A stretch of 64,000 nt of DNA from an uncultured Planctomycetota bacterium (GTDB lineage Bacteria; Planctomycetota; Planctomycetia; Isosphaerales; Isosphaeraceae), in contig CAWGMQ010000011.1 in assembly GCA_963823665.1 (NCBI GenBank), positions 800,001 to 864,000 on the forward strand, written 5' to 3'. The position numbers and the translations under genes are program-made. The notes under the pieces are model-generated. The model made no database searches and had not been told where the DNA came from. It was given only the letters and a program-made list of their open reading frames with translations. Shown one piece after another: positions 1-9,807 of this stretch (positions are counted from its first letter, which is position 1; each line of letters begins with the position of its first letter).

Positions 1-616
1 GTGCCGAGCACGGCTCGTCCATCAGGATCACCTCGGGCTCGACGGCAAGCGTCCGTGCGATGCAAAGCCGCTGCTGCTGGCCGCCGGAGAGCTCGAGCCC
101 TGAGCGATGCAGCTTGTTCCGCACCTCGTCCCAGAGCGCGGCCCGGCGCAGCGAGCGCTCGACCAGCTCGTCCATGTCGCCGCGATATCCGTTGATCCTG
201 GCCCCCCACGCGACATTGTTGTAAATCGTCTTCGGGAATGGATTCGGCTTCTGAAAGACCATCCCGATCCGGCGTCGCAGCACGACAGGGTCGATCTGAT
301 CGCCGGAAATCAGCTCGCCGTCGAATCGCACCTCGCCTTCGGCGCGCGAGTTCGCGATCAGGTCATTCATGCGGTTGAAGCAGCGCAACAGTGTGCTCTT
401 GCCGCACCCCGACGGTCCGATGAGCGCGGTGATCTTGTTGCGCGGGATATCGATCGTGATGTTCTTGAGCGCCAGGCTGGCCCCGTACCAGACCGAGAGG
501 CCGCGAGTCGAGAGCACGACCGGATCGAGTGCACGTGGGGCCGGCTTCGGCGCCGCGCGCGCCGCCTCGGGCGGTTTTGCCGCCGCACGGTCGTTCACTT
601 TTTCGGAGACGCTCAT
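1..616 (-). CDS. pstB: Phosphate ABC transporter ATP-binding protein (3' end runs off the window)
   Basis: Manual translation from ATG at 616 gives ...[48 protein letters not shown]... with a Walker A motif; lies directly downstream of pstA. Confidence 0.93.
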   Translation of the reverse strand, partial: MSVSEKVNDRAAAKPPEAARAAPKPAPRALDPVVLSTRGLSVWYGASLALKNITIDIPRNKITALIGPSGCGKSTLLRCFNRMNDLIANSRAEGEVRFDGELISGDQIDPVVLRRRIGMVFQKPNPFPKTIYNNVAWGARINGYRGDMDELVERSLRRAALWDEVRNKLHRSGLELSGGQQQRLCIARTLAVEPEVILMDEPCSA

Positions 617-661
617 CGATAGGCTCGCTTGTGCGGAAAGAGGCCGTTCCCGGGATCTTCG

Positions 662-1609
662 TCAATGATAACGCCTGAATCGCCCGCGAATCACGATGGC
701 GACGCCGTTCATGAGCAGCAAGATCGTGACCAGGATCAGGATACCACCGGCGGCGACCGGCTGGAACTTCGTGCCCGGCTGCCTGGCGTAATTGTAGATC
801 TCCACCGGCAGCGCGGAATATCGGTCCATCGGGCCATGCGGCAACTGCTGGATCGACGCCGCCGCACCGACCATGAGCAAGGGCGCCGTCTCGCCGATCG
901 CGCGAGAGAGGCCCAGAATGGTGCCCGTCAAGATACCCGGCAAGGCCGAGGGCAAAACGTGATCGCGGACCACCTGCCATCGAGTCGCTCCCAGAGCCAG
1001 CGCCGCCTGCCGCAACGAGCCGGGCACCGCGCGCAGCGCCTCCTGCGTGGTGATCACGATGATCGGCAGAATGAGCAGGCTCAGGGTCAACACTCCCGCA
1101 AGCAGCACCTGGCCCAGCGCGATCGATTTGAAGCCGAACGCCCGCACAAATACCGCCAGGCCCAGAATTCCATAGACGATCGAAGGCACGCCGGCCAGAT
1201 TGGCGATATTCGTTTGAATGATCCGCCGGATCCGCCCCGGAGGCGCGTATTCTTCGAGGAACACGCCGGCCCCGACGCCCACGGGTATTCCGATCACGGC
1301 AACCAGTCCCAGAAGCCACAGGCTCCCCGTGATTCCGACCTGGTAGCCAGCTTCCGCCGGACGCCTCGACTGCAACGAGGTCGCCAGACGCCTGATGAGC
1401 CCGGCAAGATCCGCGAGATGCGCGCCCAAGGCATACCACGGATGTTCGGCCTGCCCCTGGAGCGCCGCTGCAACGACCGACCCCAGGAGCAAGGCCAGCA
1501 CGGCGACGCCCGTGCACGTCGCCATCAGGCACGCCGTTCCGAACAACGGCCCGGCCAGCCGCCGCATCGGACGATCCGCATTGAAGTGGCTCTGCGGCCC
1601 CGTGCTCAT
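662..1609 (-). CDS. pstA: Phosphate ABC transporter permease PstA
   Basis: NIANLAGVPSIVYGILGL, EALRAVP..LRQAALALGATRWQ (EAA loop), SRAIGETAPL; operon context. Confidence 0.93.
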   Translation of the reverse strand: MSTGPQSHFNADRPMRRLAGPLFGTACLMATCTGVAVLALLLGSVVAAALQGQAEHPWYALGAHLADLAGLIRRLATSLQSRRPAEAGYQVGITGSLWLLGLVAVIGIPVGVGAGVFLEEYAPPGRIRRIIQTNIANLAGVPSIVYGILGLAVFVRAFGFKSIALGQVLLAGVLTLSLLILPIIVITTQEALRAVPGSLRQAALALGATRWQVVRDHVLPSALPGILTGTILGLSRAIGETAPLLMVGAAASIQQLPHGPMDRYSALPVEIYNYARQPGTKFQPVAAGGILILVTILLLMNGVAIVIRGRFRRYH

Positions 1610-2583
1610 TGATACACCTCGCGAAAGTGCCGCAAAATCCAGCCCGAAATAATATTGAGCACGAGCGTGACCGCAAAAAGAGTCAGGCCGACCGCAAACA
1701 GCGAAAGATACTTGGGCTCGCCGAAGGACGCCTCTCCGCCCATCACTTGAACAATGTAGGTCGTCATCGTCTCGATCTGTGTGAGCGGGTTCAATGTGAT
1801 TTGCGGCCGCGTGCCTGCGGCGAGCACCACAGCCATCGTCTCGCCGACTGCCCTGCTCACCGCCAGGATGAACGAAGCAAACACGCCGGAAAGTGCCGCC
1901 GGAAGCACCACCCGCGTTGATACCTCGAACTTGGTCGCCCCCAGCCCGAAGGCCGCTTCGCGCAGCCCGCGCGGCACGGCCGAGAGCACATCCTCCGAAA
2001 GCGAAGAGACCAGCGGAATGATCATCACGCCGACCACGATGCAGGCGGAGAGCGCGTTGAACGTATCCACCCTGAGCGTGGGCTCGAGCAAACGCTTCAG
2101 GACTGGCGTCACCAGCAAGATCGCCAGGTATCCGTAGACGATTGTGGGTATGCCCGCAAGCAGCTCGAGCGTCGGCTTCAGAACGCTACGAACTCGCCTC
2201 GGGGCATACTCGCTCAAGTAGATCGCACTCAAGAGACCGATCGGCAGCGCCACGAGCGACGAGCCCGCCGCCACCATGAACGTTCCCCACACGAGAGGAA
2301 GGATGCCGAATTTCGGCGGCTCGGCGTAGGGGTTCAGCGTGGTGCCGAAGAAGAACCCGGTCACCGACACAACCGGCAACCGGAAAAACTCGTAGCTCTG
2401 GACGCCCAGGACCAGTACAATGCCCGCCGTCGTGAAAACGGTGATGAGCGCACACGACGCAAGTCCGGCCGTCACCATCCATTCCCAGAATGCCAGCGCT
2501 CGTGAGTGCCCCTTCCACCGCACGACCACCGTCGGCGCGGCCGGTTTTTCCCCGGGATTCTTCGAGGGAGAGGCCAAAACCAA
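1606..2583 (-). CDS. pstC: Phosphate ABC transporter permease PstC
   Basis: FGILPLVWGT, ELLAGIPTIVYG, LREAAFGLGATKFE, SRAVGETMAV; 4-bp overlap with pstA. Confidence 0.93.
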   Translation of the reverse strand: MVLASPSKNPGEKPAAPTVVVRWKGHSRALAFWEWMVTAGLASCALITVFTTAGIVLVLGVQSYEFFRLPVVSVTGFFFGTTLNPYAEPPKFGILPLVWGTFMVAAGSSLVALPIGLLSAIYLSEYAPRRVRSVLKPTLELLAGIPTIVYGYLAILLVTPVLKRLLEPTLRVDTFNALSACIVVGVMIIPLVSSLSEDVLSAVPRGLREAAFGLGATKFEVSTRVVLPAALSGVFASFILAVSRAVGETMAVVLAAGTRPQITLNPLTQIETMTTYIVQVMGGEASFGEPKYLSLFAVGLTLFAVTLVLNIISGWILRHFREVYQ

Positions 2584-2588
2584 GATCC

Positions 2589-3578
2589 TTACTTCGTGGC
2601 CACGTTCTTGTCCTCGGCCTTGCCCCCCGCCGCTGGAAGAAGCTTGGCGAGCGTCGCCTGATTGGCGGCTTTGTCATCCTTCGTCGGAGGAGCATAGCCG
2701 CCGTCCACCGCAAACTGGTCGATCTTCTCGAGATAAAACGTGAGAAAACGACCCACCTCCGGCCGCCGCGCGGCCGAATTCTTCACGTAGATATAGAGCG
2801 GCCGTGAAAGCGGCGAGTACGTCTTGTCGATGATCGTGGTGAGGCTCGGAAGCACCGGAGCCGCATTTGGTCCGTTCTGCACGCCCACCGCTCGCAGTGT
2901 GTCTTTGTTTTCTGCGTAATACGCGTAGCCGAAATAGCCCAACGCGTCGGTGTCGTTCGTGATCCCTCGCACGAGGATGTTGTCGTCGGGGCTGTTCTGA
3001 ACATCATCACGCTGCTTCTTTTGCTGGCCGACGATCGCTTCGGTGAAAAACTCGAACGTCCCCGAATCGTGGTCCGGCGAATACAGAATGATCTCACGAT
3101 CAGGCCAGGACGGATCGAGCTCTTTCCATGTCCTCACCGTGCTCGCAGGCGCCCAGAGCTTTTTGAGCTGCTCGACGGAAAGCGATTTCACAAAGTCGTT
3201 CTTGGGATTCACGACCAGCGTGATGCCATCGTAACCCACCAGGAATCGCGACCACTCGAGCCCTTGCGCCTTCGCCTTCGTTTCCTCGTCCGGTTTGGCC
3301 GCGCGCGACGCGTCGACAATATCGATCTCACCCTCGAGATAGTGGGCGAAGCCCGCCCCGGTACCGTGGAAGTCGACCACAACGTTCGTCTTCGGTTCGA
3401 CCTGACGGAAGGCGTCTTGGGCCGCCATGCTGATCCGATAGACCGTGCTCGAGCCATCCACCACGATCGTCGGCCTCGGCCCGCCGCCTACCCCGCCTCC
3501 GCCGCAACCCGGCGCTGTCAGGATCCCGGCCAGAAGCGATAGCCCGATCATCCCACGCAATCCACGTGATATCGTCAT
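2589..3578 (-). CDS. pstS: Phosphate-binding lipoprotein PstS
   Basis: Lipobox-like TAPGC; DGSSTV, GTGAGF, DSGTFEFF, GYFGYAYY and PLSRPLYIYV motifs. Confidence 0.92.
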   Translation of the reverse strand: MTISRGLRGMIGLSLLAGILTAPGCGGGGVGGGPRPTIVVDGSSTVYRISMAAQDAFRQVEPKTNVVVDFHGTGAGFAHYLEGEIDIVDASRAAKPDEETKAKAQGLEWSRFLVGYDGITLVVNPKNDFVKSLSVEQLKKLWAPASTVRTWKELDPSWPDREIILYSPDHDSGTFEFFTEAIVGQQKKQRDDVQNSPDDNILVRGITNDTDALGYFGYAYYAENKDTLRAVGVQNGPNAAPVLPSLTTIIDKTYSPLSRPLYIYVKNSAARRPEVGRFLTFYLEKIDQFAVDGGYAPPTKDDKAANQATLAKLLPAAGGKAEDKNVATK

Positions 3579-3647
3579 CCTGGGCAGTTCCTTGCTTGTT
3601 AGGCGGTCGACACCAACTCAGACGCCGTGACCGCCCAGGGTTGGTCC

Positions 3648-3681
3648 GCTTACCAGTTCGCTCAGCTTACCAGTTCGCTCA
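3648..3681. repeat. Perfect 17-bp tandem duplication (GCTTACCAGTTCGCTCA x2) upstream of pstS
   Basis: Read directly: 3648-3664 and 3665-3681 are identical. Confidence 0.85.
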
Positions 3682-3725
3682 ACCTCGATCGGGCGCAGCG
3701 GCGAAACGACACTGTAACGTTCGAA

Positions 3726-3743
3726 TGTGAAGGTTTCGTGAAT
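3726..3743 (-). promoter_or_regulatory. Putative PHO box (TTCAC-N6-TTCAC, 11-bp period)
   Basis: Minus strand reads ATTCACGAAACCTTCACA about 150 bp upstream of pstS; the 11-bp direct-repeat spacing is typical of PhoB/PhoP sites. Confidence 0.45.
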
Positions 3744-3896
3744 AATTCGCGTGAGTTCACGGGGCTTTCCGGGCCGCCGCTCCGCTTCTGCTCTTGCACG
3801 CAGGTCGAATCACGCCGGCGTTAGAGCCCGGCGAAAGCTCGCCACGGACGATCGAGCCCAAAAGGCTCGATCGCTCCCTGTCCGATTGCTGCTGCA

Positions 3897-5261
3897 TCAG
3901 GCAAGGAGCCTTTCGCCATTGAGCTGCCCTACCGCCAACGCTGCGCGAGGCAGTCGGATTTGAAACCGCGAGCCTGATCCGACCCGGCTTGCAACATCGA
4001 TCTGGCCGCCAATCGAGCCGACCAGGTGCTTGACGATCGAGAGGCCCAGTCCAGTCCCGCCAAGCTCGCGGCTCCGGGCCTTGTCTACCCGGTAAAATCG
4101 CTCGAAAATCCGCGGCAAATCGTCGCGCGGAATGCCGATGCCGGTGTCGGCGACCTCCACGCAAATCTCGTTATGATCGCCCCAGCACGAGACGGAGACC
4201 GACCGCCCAGCCGGCGTGTATTTGATCGCGTTATCCACCAGGTTGTCGACGATCTGCCGGATCGCTTCCTCGTCGGCAAGCACCTGGGCTTCGTCGTCGA
4301 GCCCGCCAGGGTCAAAGTCGAGGGAAAGACCGCTCGCCTCGGCCCGTTCTCGTTGAGCTTCCACGCAAGATTGAACGACCCCGACAAGCGGAAGTGGACT
4401 GTGTTCAAACGGCTCTTGCCCCGACTCGATTCGAGCCAGGCTGAGCAGGTCGAGGATCAACGTGTTCAGCCGTTCAACCTGCTCGTCGATTCTCTCGAGG
4501 AATCGCCGATTCACGGTGTCGTCGTGGATTGCCCAGTCGAGCAGGGTCTCGTTATACGCTTTGATCGAGGCCAGCGGTGTCTTCAGCTCGTGCGAAGCAT
4601 TGGCGACAAAGTCCTGCCTCATCCGCTCCAGACGCCTGAGCTCGGTGACATCGTGAAATACCAGCACGACGCCCGGCGACGGCCGCCCTGGAAGCGGCGT
4701 GCCGCGCACCGACAGCGACCGATTACTTCCGCGCGCTGCATCGCGGCCGGGGAGCGTGATCTCACCCTGGTAAGCCGACGAGCCATCCAGCCGTAGGGTC
4801 GCCTCGACCGCATCCTGCACTTGCGGACCCCGGATCAGCTCCGGCACCAGCCGGCCGGCCGAGGCATCCTCGAGCCCGAACAGCCGGGCGGCGCTATCGT
4901 TGGCGAACAACAGCCGGCGCCGATTATCGACGGCGATGACCGCCTCTTCCATCGCCTCGAGCACGACCCGGAGCTGCTGCCGGTCCTGTTCGAGCTTCTC
5001 GCTGCGGCCCTCGATATCGGCCACTGCCGCATTGAACGTCTTCACCAGCCCGCCGAGGGGTCCCGGCACCATTAGTCGAACGTGCCGCGCCTTCTGCCCG
5101 CTGCCCATCGCGTGCAATCCGCGACAGACGTCGGCGAGGGCCCTCCACCAACTCCATGTGGCATACACAGCCAGTGCCAGCACTGGGGCCGCCAGGGTGA
5201 TCGCGAGGGTTTCCATCATACACCCCAAACCGGCGTTTTCCGTCCCGCTGTGCTGGCTCAC
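3897..5261 (-). CDS. phoR: PhoR-like sensor histidine kinase (TM, HAMP-like, PAS, HisKA, HATPase); start may be ATG at 5219
   Basis: DFVANASHELKTPL H-box, NLVDNAIKY N-box, DTGIGIP, RIFERFYRVDKARSRELGGTGLGLSIVKH; adjacent to pstSCAB. Confidence 0.85.
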   Translation of the reverse strand: MSQHSGTENAGLGCMMETLAITLAAPVLALAVYATWSWWRALADVCRGLHAMGSGQKARHVRLMVPGPLGGLVKTFNAAVADIEGRSEKLEQDRQQLRVVLEAMEEAVIAVDNRRRLLFANDSAARLFGLEDASAGRLVPELIRGPQVQDAVEATLRLDGSSAYQGEITLPGRDAARGSNRSLSVRGTPLPGRPSPGVVLVFHDVTELRRLERMRQDFVANASHELKTPLASIKAYNETLLDWAIHDDTVNRRFLERIDEQVERLNTLILDLLSLARIESGQEPFEHSPLPLVGVVQSCVEAQRERAEASGLSLDFDPGGLDDEAQVLADEEAIRQIVDNLVDNAIKYTPAGRSVSVSCWGDHNEICVEVADTGIGIPRDDLPRIFERFYRVDKARSRELGGTGLGLSIVKHLVGSIGGQIDVASRVGSGSRFQIRLPRAALAVGQLNGERLLA

Positions 5262-5652
5262 GGATCTCCCAGCCCCGCACGATCCTTGCCCGCACCAGCT
5301 TCGCTACCAGGAGGGCACTCAGTATGAACGCCGCGCACACGAGCGGTCAAGCAGGCCAGCCTTGCCCAACCGCCGATGCAGGCGCGTCGCCCCGGCCACG
5401 TGTGCCCATCTCTCACGGCAATCAACCCTTGCGCTGGCGCCGCCCGCGCCGCGATTCGCCCGCCCCATCAACTGTCGGGACATTCCCAAGGCGAGAAAAA
5501 AAACAGGTTGGCCGATATCCGCCGCCTGCGGGAATCCTGCCTGCCGGCGAGGGTGTCGACGGACGAAAAGGCCACGACAATACGGCCCATTCGTTTGTCT
5601 TGCTCAAGCATCCTGCGATCGGTTACTCTCGTCCATAAGGCGAAAGGAGCCG

Positions 5653-6156
5653 ATGATGGCGAAGCCCACTCCGGATGTGTTTCAACTCACGAGCATCAAC
5701 CAGACCAGGTCTCTGTTCAGACCGGTGAAAATGGTGATGACCTGCATCGCTTCCACCCAGGAACCCGATCCAAGCGATTATTACACCAGCTTTCACGATT
5801 GCTCGTGGGTATATGCTCAATCGAAGATCGGCCAGGACGATCTGGGAACGACGTATATCCGCACCTGGAGGATGATCCGCTGCGAAGTCCCTCCCACTCT
5901 ACAGCGCGGTTCCGACATCACGGTTTATTTTCGGCCCCGAAGTCCTCTGCCCTGGAACTTGTGGATCCGCGAATTGCTCTATCGGATCTCCGTTGTGTTC
6001 GGTCAACTGCTTGCCTTGCTTCGCGGCGGGACGCCCCGGGATGGCGTCGGGACCGGCGGCGGCCCCGCTGTGGGTACAGTAACCCGCGTGGGCGCAACAC
6101 ATGCCGCGCCCGGATACCACGACTCAGAAACCATCATCATAAGGCCCGCGGAGTAA
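5653..6156 (+). CDS. Hypothetical protein (167 aa)
   Basis: AAGGAG RBS before ATG 5653; open frame to TAA 6156; no family recognised. Confidence 0.55.
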   Translation: MMAKPTPDVFQLTSINQTRSLFRPVKMVMTCIASTQEPDPSDYYTSFHDCSWVYAQSKIGQDDLGTTYIRTWRMIRCEVPPTLQRGSDITVYFRPRSPLPWNLWIRELLYRISVVFGQLLALLRGGTPRDGVGTGGGPAVGTVTRVGATHAAPGYHDSETIIIRPAE

Positions 6157-6250
6157 GACCTTCAGACCGTGGCGCGCTCCGGAAAAGCCAGGCCTCACAA
6201 CCTCGCGCCCGCCGTATCGCTCTCGCCATACCGCCGTCTGGCCACGGCGG

Positions 6251-7996
6251 TCATTTCAATTGAGACCTGGCCGCTTCCAGCCGTCGCCGGTCGAGTTGCC
6301 GGTCCGGGTCGATGGCGAGCGCTCTCTCGAATTGCCCGGCGGCCTGCGCGAAAAGCCCGCGGCCTGCGCCGGCATTTCGCTTCTCGAGTTGAATCTGGGC
6401 CTCGATGCCGGCCGTCACGCCCAGCAAGCTTGCGTACACCGGGTTCCTGGGCGCGGATGTGGCGAGCGCCTCGAGCGTTTCCCGGGCCCGCCTGCAGCCT
6501 TTCTCCGCCTCGGAAACCCGCCTGCGAGCGAGGAGAAACCGGCTCTGGCGGTTGAGCACGTCGGCCAGCTCCTCGCGGAAGTGCGGCATATCCGTGTGCT
6601 TTTGAATGAGCAGGTGGATCAGCTCCAGCGCCTCGTCGAAACACTTGAACGCTTCGGGAACACGACCCGCGTCTGAGCCGACCACTTCCGCCCTTCGCGA
6701 AAGTGCTGCCGCGATCACCCAGTGTGCGCCCGAGAGGAAAGTAGGATTCGGAGGTTACCTTTCGAGCAGCCGCGATCGCGCGATCGAAACTCTCTTCGGC
6801 GTCGCCGCGATCCTTCAGGTCCTGTGCCGCGATCGCGCGGTTGGTGTAAGCCAGGCCCAGGTAGTAAGTCACCCGGTTCGCATTCTCTCCGACAGGGTTT
6901 CCGCTCGATGCGTGCAGCAGCAGATCGACGGCGCCCGAGGCGCTCGCTCGAGCCTCTTCTGGCTTGTCCCACAGAATCATGACGTTCGAGCGATTGATGA
7001 GTATCGACGCCTTCAGCAAGTCGTAAGACAAACTGGAGGGGCGCCCGCAACATATTCGACGTGCTGCAAAGCGGTGTCGTAGTCCTTGAGCGCCAGGCGA
7101 CTCTGGGAATTCATGCGGTAAAGCTCGCCCCGGTCGATCATCTCGTCGACGAGTGCACGGCGCGCCTCGGCGGCGCGGTTGGGACCGCCCACCAGACTCG
7201 CGAAGAAATCGATCGAGCGCTGATAACAATCGCGTGCTTCGTCGGGCTGGCCGGTCAAGCGGAGAAGCGCGGCGAGTATCCGATAGCATTCCCCTGCCTC
7301 GAAACGGATATTCGGATCCACAGGGTACGACGCCAGAAGCCTCGTGTAGATTTCCACCTCGTTCCGGGCCAGCTTCAGTCGGAGCTGCTCCGTCTTGCCA
7401 AAAGCGGCCAGCGATGTCCGGGCGAGTTCAGACTGGTCCCGCAGGGCCGTTCGGGTGATGCCCAGAAGCTGAGACGCCCGCTCAAGCGCCGCCTCGGTCT
7501 TGGCATTTTCGCGGCCGATCTGCCAGGCGTGCCAGCAAAGGCCCACCACGCTGAGGACCAGCACGGCCGCCGAGCTTGCCAGCAGGTGCCGGCGCCTGCG
7601 TATCCTGCGCCAGGCGCGCATCCACGTCGGCTCTCGGTAGGCCGAAACGGGTTGATCCGCCAGCCAGCGCTCCAGATCGTCGGCGAGGCTCCGGGCCGAC
7701 GGGTAACGATCGCTCGGCTCAAGCGCCATCGCCCGGCGGCAAATCCCCTCGAGCGCTCGGTCGGCCCTGGGATTCACATCGCGGGGCAGGGGAAACTCGC
7801 CCCGCTCCACCTTGAGGAAGAGCTCCGCCTTGTCGTTGTCTTCGAAGGGCGGCCGCCCTGTCAGCAGGTAGTAAAGAGTTGCCCCCAAGCCGTAAATGTC
7901 CGTCGCAGCGCCCAGCCGTTCCACGTCCCCCCGCGCCTGTTCCGGACTCATATACGCGGCCGTCCCCATCCGCGTGCCTGCCGTTGTCGGCTCCAT
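6251..7996 (-). pseudogene. N-terminally truncated Ser/Thr kinase with TM segment and TPR-like C-terminus; two frameshifts (~7040, ~6725)
   Basis: Begins at the activation segment ([23 protein letters not shown]) and lacks subdomains I-VII; continues through three ORF-track frames. Confidence 0.75.
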
Positions 7997-8010
7997 GTCG
8001 CCTCATCCAT

Positions 8011-8057
8011 GGCCCCAAACGGGGCCCCGGTCAATAGCCACGGGCTTCAGCCCTTGG
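8011..8057. repeat. REP-like double hairpin (GGCCCC-AAAC-GGGGCC ... CCACGGGCTTCAGCCCTTGG)
   Basis: Two short intergenic inverted repeats at the point where the truncated kinase begins. Confidence 0.5.
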
Positions 8058-8091
8058 CGCCTCGCATGCTCTTCCAGAGAGGGGTTCTGAC

Positions 8092-9570
8092 TCAACCCCC
8101 GCTCCCCTTGGCCGCCTCACCGCCAACCGGCGACGCTTTCGACCCGCCAGGTAGACACAACCCACAAGGCTGAAAGCCCTTCCCTGCGGCATCAGTCGAA
8201 TCGCGCACCGTCCCCCGATGATGCGCCGCAATCGATCCAACGTGCGCGCACTCCGGACGATGATAGACCTTGGTGTTCGTGTTGACGACGAACGAGCCAC
8301 TCGGGGATGAATCGCTCCCAGCCTGGTTGATTTCAACCAACCGCCGGGCGCCGGTTCCAGACCCGCCAAGCGGTTCAATCCCCAGAACAGAGTGCAACTC
8401 CGCAGCGAGTCGATCCGCCCGATTCCTGCCCACCATGACCGCCCATGAAGCGGCGGCCGCGGCGACCAGGAGCGACGCCGCGCAAACACCGGCCGAGAGA
8501 TAAGGAAACGACCAGCCGCCCTTGTGCTGCGTCCTGAGCCAGAGGTCGAGCTCGTCGGCGAGACTTCGCGCCGTGGCGTGGCGCTCGGACGGCACGTTGG
8601 CGATGGACCGGTCACAGATTCGCTGGAGGGCCGCCGGCACGCAGCCGCCGCCAACCGGCCCGCGTGGCTTGCCCGCCGGCGAATTTCCCGCCTCATCAGG
8701 CCGCCGGCCATGCAGCAACTCATAGAAGATCACGCCCAGGCTGTAGACGTCGCTCCGCTCGTCAACCAAGCGGCTAACTCCGAGCGCTTGCTCCGGGCTC
8801 ATGTAGGCCGGAGTGCCGACGATCGCCCCTTCACGCGTCAAATCCGACTCGAAGTCAGACCGTCGCGCCAGCCCGAAGTCGATCAGCCGCGGCTTTCCCT
8901 GGTCGTCAATCAGAATGTTCGCCGGCTTGAGGTCGCGATGCAGAACTCCCATGTGGTGGGCGTGATCGAGCGCATCGGCCAGCGCCCGCACGACCCGGGC
9001 GGCCGTGATCGCATCCATCCGGTGGTGGTCGCGATACCACCAGAGCGGCCGGCCCACGACAAGGTGGTAGGCCACCCAGCACCGGCCGCCGTCGTAACCG
9101 GCGTCGTGCACAGCGACGATGTTGGGATGATCGAGCCGCGCCACCGCTCGGGCCTCACGGAAAAAACGCTCCATCACCCGGTCCCCGGGATTAGGCTGCT
9201 TGAGGATCTTGATCGCGACATCCCGGTCGAGCCTCGGGTCGTAAGCCCGGTAAACCTCGCCGAAACCGCCGTCACCCAGCCGCTCGCGAAGCTGGAATCG
9301 CCCCAGTGACCCCAGTGAGCCGCGGGCCCAGTTCTTGGCCCAGTTTGCCGCCTCGCTGATCCGTGTCACCAGCGAGCCCGGCGAGCCCGTCGCAGTGACC
9401 ACGCCCGCTTCCGCAGAATCAATCGGGCTCGGCGAATCAAGCTGGCTCGAATCCGTCTGGATCAGCGACCCGCAGTGCGGACATTCACTGCTGGCCCGCT
9501 CCTCCGAGCCGCCGCTCAACTCGACACTTCGCAAACACCCACTGCAAACCACGCGGGCCGACGAATTCAT
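8092..9570 (-). CDS. Ser/Thr kinase with N-terminal zinc ribbon, TM helix and C-terminal Ada-type metal-binding domain
   Basis: [42 protein letters not shown]; hydrophobic span; FVVNTNTKVYHRPEC...GFQPCGLC. Confidence 0.88.
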   Translation of the reverse strand: MNSSARVVCSGCLRSVELSGGSEERASSECPHCGSLIQTDSSQLDSPSPIDSAEAGVVTATGSPGSLVTRISEAANWAKNWARGSLGSLGRFQLRERLGDGGFGEVYRAYDPRLDRDVAIKILKQPNPGDRVMERFFREARAVARLDHPNIVAVHDAGYDGGRCWVAYHLVVGRPLWWYRDHHRMDAITAARVVRALADALDHAHHMGVLHRDLKPANILIDDQGKPRLIDFGLARRSDFESDLTREGAIVGTPAYMSPEQALGVSRLVDERSDVYSLGVIFYELLHGRRPDEAGNSPAGKPRGPVGGGCVPAALQRICDRSIANVPSERHATARSLADELDLWLRTQHKGGWSFPYLSAGVCAASLLVAAAAASWAVMVGRNRADRLAAELHSVLGIEPLGGSGTGARRLVEINQAGSDSSPSGSFVVNTNTKVYHRPECAHVGSIAAHHRGTVRDSTDAAGKGFQPCGLCLPGGSKASPVGGEAAKGSGG

Positions 9571-9807
9571 CGCCGCTCCTTCCCTAGCCAGTCAAGCCAA
9601 GCGCTCGATCCAGTTCGATTCGCTTAATATAGCATGCCTCCACGCTCGGAGGTTAACACTTCGAGAATAGAACGCGGTCTCTCCATCAACAAATGCTTGA
9701 GCATCCGTCATCGTTCGAGCGCGTTGCGTTCGGTCCACCTGGCCAGTAGAGTTGCACAGAGCCCGGGAAATGCTGCCAGTTCTGTAATCGGGAGCGAGAG
9801 CACAACG

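Noticed and set aside
363..1676. 437-aa ORF and other long Arg/Ala/Pro-rich alternative-frame ORFs across the window
   Set aside because: They overlap well-supported genes and are expected from high GC content.
4900..5652. N-terminal 250 aa of the 418-aa ORF 4900-6156
   Set aside because: Overlaps phoR antisense and its promoter; the credible start is ATG 5653 with an RBS.
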